64,000 nt of DNA from Macrostomum lignano. Taxonomy: Eukaryota. A program made the translations under genes and the position numbers. The stretch lies in contig NIVC01002353.1 in NCBI GenBank assembly GCA_002269645.1, positions 117,575 through 181,574 on the forward strand, in the 5' to 3' direction. Positions 53,285-64,000 of the stretch are shown here, one piece after another (within the stretch, counting starts at the first letter, position 1; every line of letters starts with the position of its first letter). A model generated the notes under the pieces. That model did no database searches. It was not told where the DNA came from and saw nothing but the letters and a program-made list of their open reading frames with translations.

Positions 53285-54025
53285 AGACTGGCTTAAAGTT
53301 AAAGTTCCCAGTCGAGAACCGGGATTAAATTTGGGTTCAGGTCAAACGCTCAATTTCACATAGCTGGTACAAGGGTTGTTTGTCTTCGGTCAGTTTCCAC
53401 TTTGGTCAGTGTCAGTTCTAAATGACTTTTAATTCAAGAAAAAAGGTGGAGCTGACGCTGCTCATACAAATGTTTTTAAACAAACTGGATTATTCACAAA
53501 TCCGTAACCTTAATCTCTTCATGATCCCAAGCTCAGTTCAAATCAGCCTTCGCTTCTTGCGCACACAGGGGCAGAGCAGCTCAGCGGTAGCGCATCTGCC
53601 TCGTGCACAGAACTGACTCTAAGCTTGTACGATTCTGACATAGTTTGAAAGCGGTTCGGATAGCACCTGAGTGCTAGGATCGACCCCAAATGGCAGCTGG
53701 AAATTCTGACTATCAGAGGATTGGCAACGCATCTCAGTTTGCGAGAATTCTGGACAGAAAAGCCAAAATCTTTCTAATGCTGGAATAAACAAATCTGCTC
53801 GATCAAGAGAACCGGCTTTAACTAGCCAATGAAGATGGCCCAGCCATTCTCAGCCAACCATCGGTCTCAAGGGAAACAAAACACTATCAAATAAATAAAT
53901 CCCAGTCTTAACCTGAAAGCTTAACTCCCAGACCAGACTGAGTTTTCGAAAGTTCAAGAAGAACACCCGAAGCCGCTGAGGATTTCAGTGGTGAAGACAA
54001 ACGGAGATACTCGAAACATTTGGAA

Positions 54026-55707
54026 ATGCCAGCTGGAATTCTAGCGCTGCTGTTCGGCTGCATGGCTGCTGTGACAGGTGAGGCTTCTCATGCACGTTGC
54101 AGAAGCATTGCCGGTCAAATGCACTGAGTGCCTGCGAAACATCAAGAATTGAAAATTTTTAGAAGTTGTCAACCACATTTGTTAACTGTTGTGATGGCGC
54201 AGCCGCAGTTTGCAATACACAGAATCTCCTCAAACCAACAGGCGCCCACCAATCCAGCCTCTTCACCGCTGTCACCGGACCCGTCCTGATCGGCAACGCC
54301 TCCAGCAGCGAACTCGTCAACCTGACCGGCGTCCAGACCCGGCTGAAGTGTCTGGCAGCGTGCCAGCGGAAGGGCTGCCTGCTGGCTTCGCTCATCCCCA
54401 GCTCGCGCGTCTGCCAGCTGCTGCTGCTCAACGACGCGTCTCAGGCGCCGGGACCGGCCGGGACTCACGTGCAGAGACTCGTGGGCTCCGAGCCCGGCGC
54501 CAGGCTGTGGGCGGCCGAGAACTTCACGGAGCTGATGCTGATGAGGAAGAGGATGCTGAATGTCACCATTGAGCTCAGAAGTGAGGAAAAGCCCATGTTT
54601 GCAAAGTTCTGTGCTTCGAGCATTTGTTGCACCTCGACATCTGATCTGCAGCGCCCTCTCTCACTGCAGACAGCGGCACGGGCAGGGCCGGCTCCATCCA
54701 GTCCGTGACGATCCCCTCGACCGGCTGCTACCGGATCGAAGTGTCGGGCGCCAGAGGCGGCACCAACTCCTTCTCAGGCAAGGCTGGCGGCAGCGGCGCC
54801 TTCGTGTCCGGCGCCTTCAACCTGACGGCCGGCACCCAGCTGAGCGTCGTGGTCGGACAGGCCGGCGGTCTTCCCAGCTCCCTGCACAGCGGAGGCGGTG
54901 GAGGCGGCGGCAGCTTCGTGTTCAGGACGGCAGATGAGCTGCTGCTGGCTGCAGCCGGAGGCGGCGGTGCCGGGACCTACGGCTCAGCTGGTGAGTCAAA
55001 ATTGCTTCAGGAAAACTGGAGATAGCAGATTTTCTAAATGCTCTCTGATATTTAGGCGTTTATGTTATTCTTGTGTCTGGTTTTCAGTTGATGTCAGTTT
55101 TCGAGAGATTTGACATCAGCTTCAAAACACAAAAGCAAACCGAATGGCACCGATCAAAATTAATCTGTTTTTCTATTAGCCGGTTAAACTGGATTTATTT
55201 AAAATTAAGTCACGAGCGACGAATTCGCAGGCCTGCCCGGAGAGGCCGGCGTCAACGGCTCCGTCGCGAATCCGAGCGGAAACAGCCACGGCGGCAGCAA
55301 CGGACAGCCACAACTCCAGCGCCATGACCAGCAACCAGAACCTCGCTGGCTGCGGCGCCGGCTGGCTGGGGAAGCCGGTGTGCACCAGGCGGGGACCGGA
55401 CGACGGTGACGGAGGCGGCAGTCGGGCCGAAGGCTGGCTGGGCGGCGACGCCGGCGGCTCCAACACCGGCGACGGCGGGTTCGGCGGCGGCGGAGGCGGC
55501 GGCACGGTGAACCCCAACTATGGCGTTGCCGGAGCCGGCGGCGGCTTCAGCGGAGGCGCCACCAGCTTCTCGGGGAGCCCTCCAGGAGGTGGCGGCGGCT
55601 CCTTCTGCTCCGGCAGCGGCTGCAGCGGCACCACTGGCGGCAACGCCGGCCAGCACGGCCTGGTGGTCATCCGGCTGGTCGATCCGCTGAGCAACTCTTG
55701 CGAGTGA
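54026..55707 (+). CDS. Secreted protein: signal peptide, PAN/apple-like Cys module and ALK/LTK-type glycine-rich (GR) domain. Exons 54026-54077, 54242-54580, 54670-54990, 55231-55707 (one frame break near 55305)
   Basis: MPAGILALLFGCMAAVTG signal; C..AC...C...S....S..CQL PAN-like spacing; VTIPSTGCYRIEV.GA.GG...GG.GA...G.F.L..G..L.VVVGQ.G, GGGGGSFV, LL.AAGGGGA, GGFGGGGGG, GAGGGFSGG, GGGGSF and G.V.I. All three phase-1 introns match. Confidence 0.85.
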
Positions 55708-58694
55708 CGATTTCATGGAAACTGGACATTGTCCAACGGAACTGAGACTGTGTTGTTTTGGAGTGGAATGCTGTGGCAGTTTTTTGGGAAATTTTCAAGT
55801 GTTTACTTTTTTATTGGCGACCGTTTCCGCTACAAGCCGAACACTATCAAGTCCAGGTGAAACTTTCACGGTGGAGTGACTTTGGGACCTGCTTTTATGC
55901 CTAATACGCTTGACTCTGCAGTGGGCGAGACCAGCAAAGTAGCAATACTCTTTGCCTTAAATTAATCTCGTGTTGTATTCTTGCACTTTTGTTGCAGTGC
56001 AAGGGCATCCCATTCTTTAGTCGTTGTGGTGACTCAGTTAGTCCGCCTTGCTTCATGCGTTATGCGCTAGACTGTGATTTTTTGTTTGGTTTAAGCCTTA
56101 GCCTCCCCCCGCAGTTCTCCTTGTTGTCACTATTCTCGTGCCTTGCGTGTACTTTTTGTTGTTTACTGCATTCTGATTGGCTGGGCCGGCAGCGGGCTGG
56201 TGTTTAATTTTTTGCAGGGGGTGGTGGGCTGGAGGGCTTGCGGACCCCCTTCCTCGGGCCGTGGCGCGGGGTGTCGTTTTCGTTGTCTTGGGATTCGGAG
56301 CTAGACTAGAGGGGTACATTGGCACGGCACTGGCTTCATTGTATGCCAGCCTGCACCACCGCAGACATCACGGGTCTGTGCATCAACACTTGTATGTAGC
56401 CTGTGGGCTTTGGGATCCAGGGATACACTACTCTCTTGATATCTCAAATACTTTAGCTTGCTAGTACGAGCGAGTTCGGATGAGGGGGGGTTTAAAGTTG
56501 CATTTGTTACTTCGTCAATAATCCTATTAAATCTATATTATCCCAAAAATCGCCATAAAGGGGTCGACTTAGTTCGAAAATGTTTGAACATAATACTTTT
56601 ACCTGCTGCTTGCTTAATCCTGAGTCAATCACTTTCAGTGCAAAAAAGTTCGCTGCCTCCATAATCCCAATGACTCATCTCTAAAACTTCTCAACTTACA
56701 AAATGCAACCCACCGCTACAATTCTCGCCTCAGCCGGACAAGGGTGAAGGTCAAATTCTTTAGTCAACTGGCCTCGGGTACACAAGACTCTACTGAGCTG
56801 ATGAGAGAGAAAAGACATGTTTATGTGCTCACACCTACTTTCTCGTGCTCAAGATCCAAGTCTCCCGATGCTGCCTGCCTGCCTGAGTACACCGCGTTTA
56901 CTCCTCCCGTCCCATCCTCGACTCGTCTTGCCATGGAAAGAGTGATTAAAACTAGATAAAAGGACACCCGCTACTTCCAATATGTTCAGAGTTCCCGAGC
57001 TCGCCAGTTTGATCCACTGCACTAAAATTAATAACTTCAATGGCTGATGCTGAGCTGTCTTATTTTCAGCAGGAGTCTGGTGAATTAGACTACATCAAAA
57101 AATGGATTTAACAGTCCAGAATTTGTTTCGTAGAAAGTGACCGGAATGCCAACCGAGCCAAAAGATGATGAGAGACGAACAAGCGGTAAAAAAATCGGCC
57201 AACAGCTTCGCGATTGGACCGATCGAGCTGACCAGCATCGAAGAGTTGAAAGCCGTCGGTTATCGGATCTAAGGCTTCATCAAGGAATCTGAACGCTATC
57301 AAGGAGATTATTCACGACAGCCAGAGCCAAGGTTTGTCACTGTGTATAAGCGCGAGAGGAATTCTCCAGTGCATGAAGATGGTGCTAAAAATACCAATAT
57401 CGAATCTTTTTAAAGCAGATTGGCTTTACACCGGCTTGGGTTAATTTCCTAGTCCGGGTCTCCAGTTCTCCAGCGCAGCCGAATTTCCCTTTTTACATCT
57501 AGGAGCAATGAATAGGCATCTGACAAAGGCTGCTGATTGCTGCTGATGGAGAATGAGGAGCTGGCTCAGGCCGATTTCCGATCCTTGGCTTCTATTGAAC
57601 ATTTAGGGTGTTTTTTGATTGCTTGAACTCGGGAGCAAATTTTATAGCGAACCAGATGCTGCAGTATCCGTTTTTATACGTTGAAGTAGGGGTCGCAAAG
57701 TTTTGAGGTTGGGGCAAGCTATACCAAGCTATTCAACCCAATATTAGAAACCTCTACATGCATTGTTAAAGAACAAAAAGTATGGCTCATTTTTAACCCC
57801 GGCAACAAGAAGTTTCTGCTGGCGGAGCCGCTATTGAAACCGCGATTGGCATCACGTGACCAGGCCTGGATCCCGGCTTCCATAGCGAGAACACCAGCCA
57901 GGGAGCAGTGAGTGATCCGCCTTGCAGCTCAGACCGAGGAGCTCAGAATTCAGGGACTCCCAGGCACAGGTGCTCGGGATTTCAGATTCCCGGAAATGCC
58001 CAGAAAGTGACTGACTTTGACTCTGATCCAACTCTGCCGAACCCGATCACCGGACCTGATCTTCGAGCAGCATAACTGATACATGAGTCCGGTCCATCAG
58101 CAGCAGTTAGATTGACTCAATCTAGATTGACCCATCTGTGCAGCAGCCAGTGCTCAAGTTCGCCTCTCTGCAAGCATCTTCATCGCCAGCCTCCGGCTCT
58201 GAGCCCCACCCTCCCAGAGAATTGAGCAGCTCTAATAGCTCTATAGTGCCGAAATTCTGTGCTCAAACGTGCTCGCCTCATCATCAAGGCTCTCCGTCCC
58301 TCTGCAATCGTCCCTCTCAAAATGCAAAACGCGCGGCATTTTGGGCCAAGTTTTGCACCTGCTCGATACCCCTGAGTACTCTATTGTTTGCTGCCGTGGC
58401 CCTGCGGCTCCACCAATGCAGAGCTCGAAGGCCCGCAGCCGCCTCTCCGCCTTCGGCCCCATCTCAGCCTCCAGCCTCCGACTCACCCATTGTGCTGCAG
58501 CTTCGCTCTGTCCCCATGCCTGCCCCGAGCTCAGAAGCCTCTCAGCTGAGTACGCGCTTGCGGGGCAACGGCAGTGTGCAGAAGCTCTAAGAATCGATGA
58601 GGCGGTTTAAGGAGCAGCCAGCAACCGCTCGGCCTGAGACCGGCCACACTGCTCAGCTGGAGGCGCTGCCAATTTTGCTACTCGAATTCGGCTG

Positions 58695-59060
58695 TGTTGC
58701 CTGTGCTGAAGGTGAGTCTGTGTGGTTTCTGTGTGCTGCCTGTGCTGAAGGTGATTCTGTGTGGTTTCTGTGTGCTGCCTGTGCTGAAGGTGAGTCTGTG
58801 TGGTTTCTGTGTGCTGCCTGTGCTGAAGGTGATTCTGTGTGGTTTCTGTGTGCTGCCTGTGCTGAAGGTGAGTCTGTGTGGTTTCTGTGTGCTGCCTGTG
58901 CTGAAGGTGATTCTGTGTGGTTTCTGTGTGCTGCCTGTGCTGAAGGTGAGTCTGTTTGGTTTCTGTGTGCTGCCTGTGCTGAAGGTGAGTCTGTGTGGTT
59001 TCTATGTGCTGCCTGTGCTGAAGATGAGTCTCTGTGGTTTCTGTGTGCTGCCTGTGCCTG
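58695..59060. repeat. 39-bp tandem array GTGCTGCCTGTGCTGAAGGTGAGTCTGTGTGGTTTCTGT, about 9 copies, with alternating GAG/GAT variants
   Basis: Directly visible. Stop-free in several frames. Confidence 0.95.
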
Positions 59061-60149
59061 TGCATTGCGAGACAACTGCCGTTGGCAGATGACTATTTGC
59101 GGAAAATGCAAGTCTATGAATTTCGAAAAAAAATTTTTAAGACTAATTGTAGACGAAAGCTGTGAAAATTAGAGAAAATCGACTAAATCTCAGTAAATCT
59201 TGGTAAATTTCAGAACCGTAATAGTAGGTTTTTGTCAAGGCGGAACAAGTAATAGTCGAATTTGTCCTGTTGCTGTCATATAAAGGGGCCTATCTTGAGT
59301 ACTAGCTAAATATGATCTATAGCTTAAATTGCTGTCATTTCAGCTGAGCTCTGGGTACTGCCTGACTGATATTGCTGGCCACCAATGCAGGTGCGCGCAC
59401 TGTTCTCCCCTCTCCTTCCAGCTGTCTGATTCCTCATGTAGGTCACGTGACCCAATTATTTATCCAATGTGCCCCCTGCTCATGTCTTCAATATATAAGA
59501 TCTGCGCAATATGAGCCAGGAACCAGTTTGAATTTCCTTGATTGATCTGCTGTTGTCTTCTGCAGGCACGGGTGCCCGATTCTCGTCCGAGAATTCGGCT
59601 CAGTTCGTTCCCGTGAGTTCATGCTGCTTGAGCACAGCATTTGGTTCCGCTGTCCCAGGGACCCGGGGATCAACCAGAAACAGCAGAGACAGCTGTGGGC
59701 GATTTTCTTTGGGTGCCAGAAACTGGGTGTGGCCTGGATAACTTCCCGGTCGAGTCGATCAGAAACTTCGGGACATCCCATCCAGGTCTCTTTGGTGCTC
59801 CTGAGGATAAAGGGAGAAATTTTAATTTCACGAGAACTCACGAGAGCTCCGGAATGCCTGTACCGGTTAATCTGGCTGCTGTCGCACTGGAGGCGGACAA
59901 GCCGACAAGTCACCGATTTCATTCGGTTCGGTCAGCGTCCCGCATCTTGAGCTCCATCTCGGTTGCTTAAGCTCTCAGCTGCTTTATTGTTTCTAATTTG
60001 TTGGTTTACCTCCAGCTTCAGCTTTAAACTCCATTAAATCTACAATATTTAGCTCCATAGCAGTGCCAGCTTCTCATATCAGCAACACCTTCCCGAAGCA
60101 GTGCCTCCGCTCCCTCAGCTCCGGTCTCTGCTGCCCCGCCACATCTATG

Positions 60150-60212
60150 CAGTAGTCAGAACAGTTAACACGCGCCTGACTCGTGGCGAAGAACCCGGGT
60201 TCGATCCCGTGT
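60150..60212 (+). mobile_element. Degenerate tRNA-derived (SINE-like) segment upstream of ankyrin-kinase copy 2
   Basis: Perfect B-box GGTTCGATCCC near 60198, preceded by TAGTCAGAACAGTTAACACGCGCCTGAC. A more decayed homologue lies at about 48360-48420. Confidence 0.35.
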
Positions 60213-60416
60213 TTAGCCGCACTAATTCGGTAGTCTTGAGATTTGTGAGTTTGTGCCTGCGTGCGAGCCACCCTGATACATTCCGAAATTTTGCAGATTA
60301 CATTGTCAATCTCATGGCAATCAAGGGACATTCGATGCAAAGCCCCTCAATTCTCAAACACAAACACGGACGAATTGCAGGTCGTGTTCAACTCGACTGA
60401 CGCTCAATTCTTTCCG

Positions 60417-63400
60417 ATGGCCGCTGCGGATCAACTGCGAGCTGCGCTGGAGGCCAACGACTGCGAGCGGCTGCTGAAGCTGTGCCGGCAGCTGGACTCC
60501 AACCTGACAGTGTCGTCTGGCAAATTTAAAGACCCGCCTCACACGAGAGAAATGTCGGTGACTCACCACGTCGCTAGCAAGCCGTACGGACTCGACTGTC
60601 TGGAGGTGCTGATCGACCGGTTCGGAGCTGCATGTTTGACATGCAGAGACGAGTTCAACTACACACCTGTGCACTGGGCCGCTATGGAGCAGAGCCAGGA
60701 GACCCTGCAGCTCATCCACGTAAACCTGAGCAGCGACTGTTTTTATGAAAAAGGAAGATTTGGTCGCTCAGTGTTTCACTGTGCTGCCGTGAATGAGCAT
60801 AGCAACAAAGCTCTTGAGTGGCTGATCGGTGAGCTCGGCTCAGACTCTCTCATGGAGAAGGATGACAATGGCTCGACAGTCGTTCATCTGGCCGCCCAGT
60901 GTCAGAGCTCAGATTCGATGGACTTCATTAAATCGAAGCTCGGTTCCGACTGCTTCCGTCAGCGCGGGTGGCTTGGTCGCACCGCAGTTCACTGTGCTGC
61001 TTGTAACAAGGTCTCAAACTCGTCGCTCAAGTGGCTGATCGATGAGCTCGGCTCAGACTCTCTCATGAAGGAGGATGACAATGGTTCGACAGTCGTTCAT
61101 CTGGCCGCCGGGGCTCAGAGCTCAGATTCGATGCAGTTCATTAAATCGGAGCTCGGTTCCGACTGCTTCCGTCAGCGTGGGTGGCTTGGTCGGACACCAA
61201 TTCACTGTGCTGCTTGTAACGAGGTCTCAAACTCATCGCTCAAGTGGCTGATTGGCGAGCTCGGCTCGAACTCTCTTGTGGAGAAGGACGACAATGGATC
61301 GACAGTCGTTCATCTGGCCGCCCAGTGTCAGAGCTCAGATTCGTTGGAATTCATTAAATCGAAGCTCGGTTCCGACTGCTTCCGTCAGAGCGGATGGCTT
61401 GGTCGCACCGCAGTTCACTGTGCTGCTTTCAACAAGGTCTCAAACTCGTCCCTCAAATGGCTGATAGATGAGCTCGGCTCAGACTCTCTCTTGGAGAAGG
61501 GTGACAATGGATCGACAGTCGTTCATATGGCCGCCGAGTTTCAAGGCTCAGATTCGATGCAGTTCATTAAATCGAAGCTCGGTTCCGACTGCTTCCGTCA
61601 GTGCGGGTGGCTTGGTCGCACCGCAGTTCACTATGCTGCTTGCAACAAGGTCTCAAACTCGTCGCTCAAGTGGCTTATCGATGAGCTCGGCTCAGACTCT
61701 CTCATGGAGAAGGATGACGATGGAGTTACAGTCGTTCGTCTTGCCGCACAGTGTCAGGGATCAGATTCGATGGAGTTCATTAAATCGAAGCTCGGTAACG
61801 ACTGTTTCCGTCAGCGGGGATTTCTTGCAGGCACCGCAGTTCACTATGCTGCTTGTAACAAGGTCTCAAACTCATCCTTAAAGTTCCTGATCGATGAGCT
61901 GGGCTCCGATTCTCTCATAAAGAAGGTTGAAGATGGATCGACAGTCGTTCATATGGCCGCCGAGTTTCAAGGCTCAGATTCGATGCAGTTTATTAAATCG
62001 AAACTCGGTGCCGACTGCTTCCGTCAGCGCGGATTCAAGGGACGCACCGCAGTTCACTGTGCTGCTTGTAACATCAACAGCGTCTCTGCGCTAAGGTGGA
62101 TTGTCGGTCAGCTGGGACCCGACTGTCTGAAGCTGAGGGACGACGAGGGTATCACGGCTGCGCACCTGGCAGCTCAGCACCAGGACGAGGACTCGCTACG
62201 GCTCATCAGGGACTCGCTGGGCGTCGCCGCTTTCGACTTGCAGGACCGGCAGGGACAGTCGGTGGCGGACTACGCAAAGAAGAACAGCCGGTCGGAGCGG
62301 ATGCTGGGCTGCATCGCCGAGCTGCGGGAGGAGGAGAGGCTGCGAGCCTCGATGGAGGACAACCGTCTGCATAGTAGTTCTGCTGAGGGACAACAGGATG
62401 GGTGAGCCGCCTGCTTAAAGGGACAATTAGCGTTGCGGCCAGAGTAAAAGCTGGTATAAGAGCACCCTCTTAGATAATGTGCTTAGATAATGTGCTTAGA
62501 TAATGTGCTTGTATATGGTGCATACGACAGATTCAATTGCAAGGAGTCTCAAGCATTGATTAGCGGGTTTGTCGATTAAAGAAGTCGTGAATTCTTTTGA
62601 ATATCGAGCCGCGTCTGTGTTGTCAGACGATTCGGTTTTCCACAGTTACTGCAAGTTTTGCGTCTTGCAGCCTCACAGTTGCTGTGGCCGGACTGGCCGC
62701 ATCTGTAGCAGGTGAGGAAATGGCTTGCTGACTGTGGTGGGCGGTCCAAGTGACTTCTGCTTTGCTGCTGTTGCCGATTTTTTTGCTGCTGCGTGGCGCT
62801 TTGCGTGCTAATCGCGGCGACGGTCGAATCCTTCGACAGCTCGATTGCCGTTGGTTGCGCTTCTGAAGCTTCGTGGGCGTCGCTGAGCAAAATGTCGGAT
62901 TCTCGCAGTAGTCGGCGACGAAGTGCGTCAGAGAGGCAGGTGGCGACCAACTGATCACGAATGATGGAATCGCGAAGTTCTCCGAAGTCGCAGGTGTCAG
63001 CGGGTGCTTTCATCCGAGCGTGCCAGCTGTCTATGGTCTCTCCCAGCTGTTGTGTGCACTGCCGAAACTGATACCGTGCAAAGACCAGGTTTTTGGTCGT
63101 TGAAGTACTTGGTCAGTTGAGTCAGAAGCCTCTTCAGCAATTCTCTTGTGTCTGCGTGATTGGCTTGCACTTCTCTGGTGATCACCACTTACGACGTATC
63201 CGCTTATGCACTTATTCTGTTTCTTCTGAGATTCCAGATGCTCGATTGAATTTTGAAAGTCGCTGGATGGACTGAATGACTCGGGTGGTGGTTGAAGAAT
63301 AATGTTTGCCATTGTACTTATTTATTCCCCATTTCGGCAGCAATCCCCCATTGCTTCAGTCTTCCAACATTTTCCAGTGTGAAGCCGTCTCTGGACCCCG

Positions 63401-63768
63401 CCTTCTCCAGCTGGGAGTTCCTCCTCGATGTTGACGGCAACACGCAGCTGCTCGGAGCAGGCGGTTTCGGCCAGGTGTACAAGGCGTTCACCGATAAGCA
63501 ACAGACTGTGGCTGTCAAGATCGTCAAGCTGGAAGGTGCCAGCAGTGCCAGCCTGATAGACGAGGCCATCGAGAAGGAGAACGCGGAGATCTCAGTCCTG
63601 AAGGCCGTCCGGCACCCGAACATCGTGCAGTTCCTCAAGTCTGAGCGCATCAAGAAGGGCGAGCTGTGTATCTTTACCGAGCTGATCTCCGGCCACAGCC
63701 TCTCTGAGCTGATGCAGCTGCAGCGACGGCCCTTCGATGAGGCAGCAGTGAGGAACTTCTCCAAGCAG
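60417..63768 (+). CDS. Ankyrin-repeat/MAP3K-like kinase, copy 2 (intact as far as seen). Ankyrin exon 60381-62401, kinase exon 63378-63768; gene continues past the window
   Basis: Uninterrupted ankyrin ORF with about 17 repeats. Donor GG|GTGAGC at 62401 (phase 2) matches TTTCCAG|T at 63377, giving G-VKPSLDPAFSSW...GAGGFGQVY..VAVK..E..HPNIVQF. The next donor CAG|GTGAGA is at the same codon as in copy 1. Confidence 0.85.
62576..63250 (-). mobile_element. Decayed Ty3/gypsy-type gag fragment inside the ankyrin-kinase intron
   Basis: Q.GETIDSW.ARMK..A..CDFG...DSIIRDQLV......LRRRLLRE, followed by zinc-knuckle-like CYRCGQSGH and CSNCGK. Stops and frameshifts upstream; no pol seen. Confidence 0.75.
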
Positions 63769-63931
63769 GTGAGATCCCACACCACCCATCCAGCAGTGAG
63801 GACTTCTCCAAGCAGGTGAGATCCCACACCACCCCATACAGCAGTGAGGGACTTCTCCAAACAACTCAGATCCCACACCACCCCATGCAGCAGTGAGGGA
63901 CTTCTCCAAGCAGCTCAGATCCCACACCACC
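63743..63931 (+). repeat. Four copies of an about 48-bp unit spanning the kinase exon end and its splice donor
   Basis: CAGCAGTGAGG..CTTCTCCAAGCAG|GTGAGATCCCACACCACCC at 63743, 63791, 63839 and 63888. Confidence 0.92.
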
Positions 63932-64000
63932 CCTGCTCACTCGCTCCCCAACTCACAGTTCTGCACAGCGCTCCACTTCCTGCACAGCCGCAGTCCCGTC

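Noticed and set aside
56205-56220. Sm-site-like AATTTTTTG suggesting an snRNA or SL RNA
   Set aside because: No recognisable leader or snRNA sequence or stem-loops around it.
56798-56815. Hammerhead ribozyme core (CTGATGA...GAAA)
   Set aside because: Only about 4 nt separate the two motifs, too short for stem II, and I found no flanking stems.

Overview
Eukaryotic (metazoan) genomic DNA with GC-rich coding exons, canonical GT-AG introns that are often filled with minisatellites, and AT-rich intergenic stretches. The style suggests a flatworm such as Macrostomum lignano; that is an inference and I cannot confirm it. Genes I can support, in order: a large acidic-repeat/coiled-coil protein (-, two frame breaks); an intronless secreted Tyr/Ser-rich repeat protein (-); an intronless HAD-family phosphatase directly downstream of an SLC2A/GLUT-type sugar transporter (-); a 9-exon tandem-BTB + UBA-like protein (+); SPCA/ATP2C1 Ca2+/Mn2+ P-type ATPase (+); RABGGTB (+); a secreted PAN-like + glycine-rich (ALK/LTK GR-type) protein (+); and two tandem paralogues, offset about 11.7 kb, in which a roughly 17-repeat ankyrin exon splices in frame to a MAP3K/STE-like kinase exon. 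The second paralogue carries a decayed Ty3/gypsy gag fragment in its intron and runs off the window end. Best leads: (1) the ankyrin-array/kinase family with mosaic, surface-variable repeats; (2) the YYPSYSRYSS decapeptide secreted protein, whose repeat variants are all silent; (3) RABGGTB lacking its own ATG at the conserved position, consistent with a spliced-leader AUG start and operon-like clustering; (4) minisatellites seeded from exon and CDS ends. Several single-base frame breaks, some in homopolymer runs, suggest long-read consensus errors, so all pseudogene or frameshift claims need read-level checking. All exon coordinates were derived by hand and no database searches were run.
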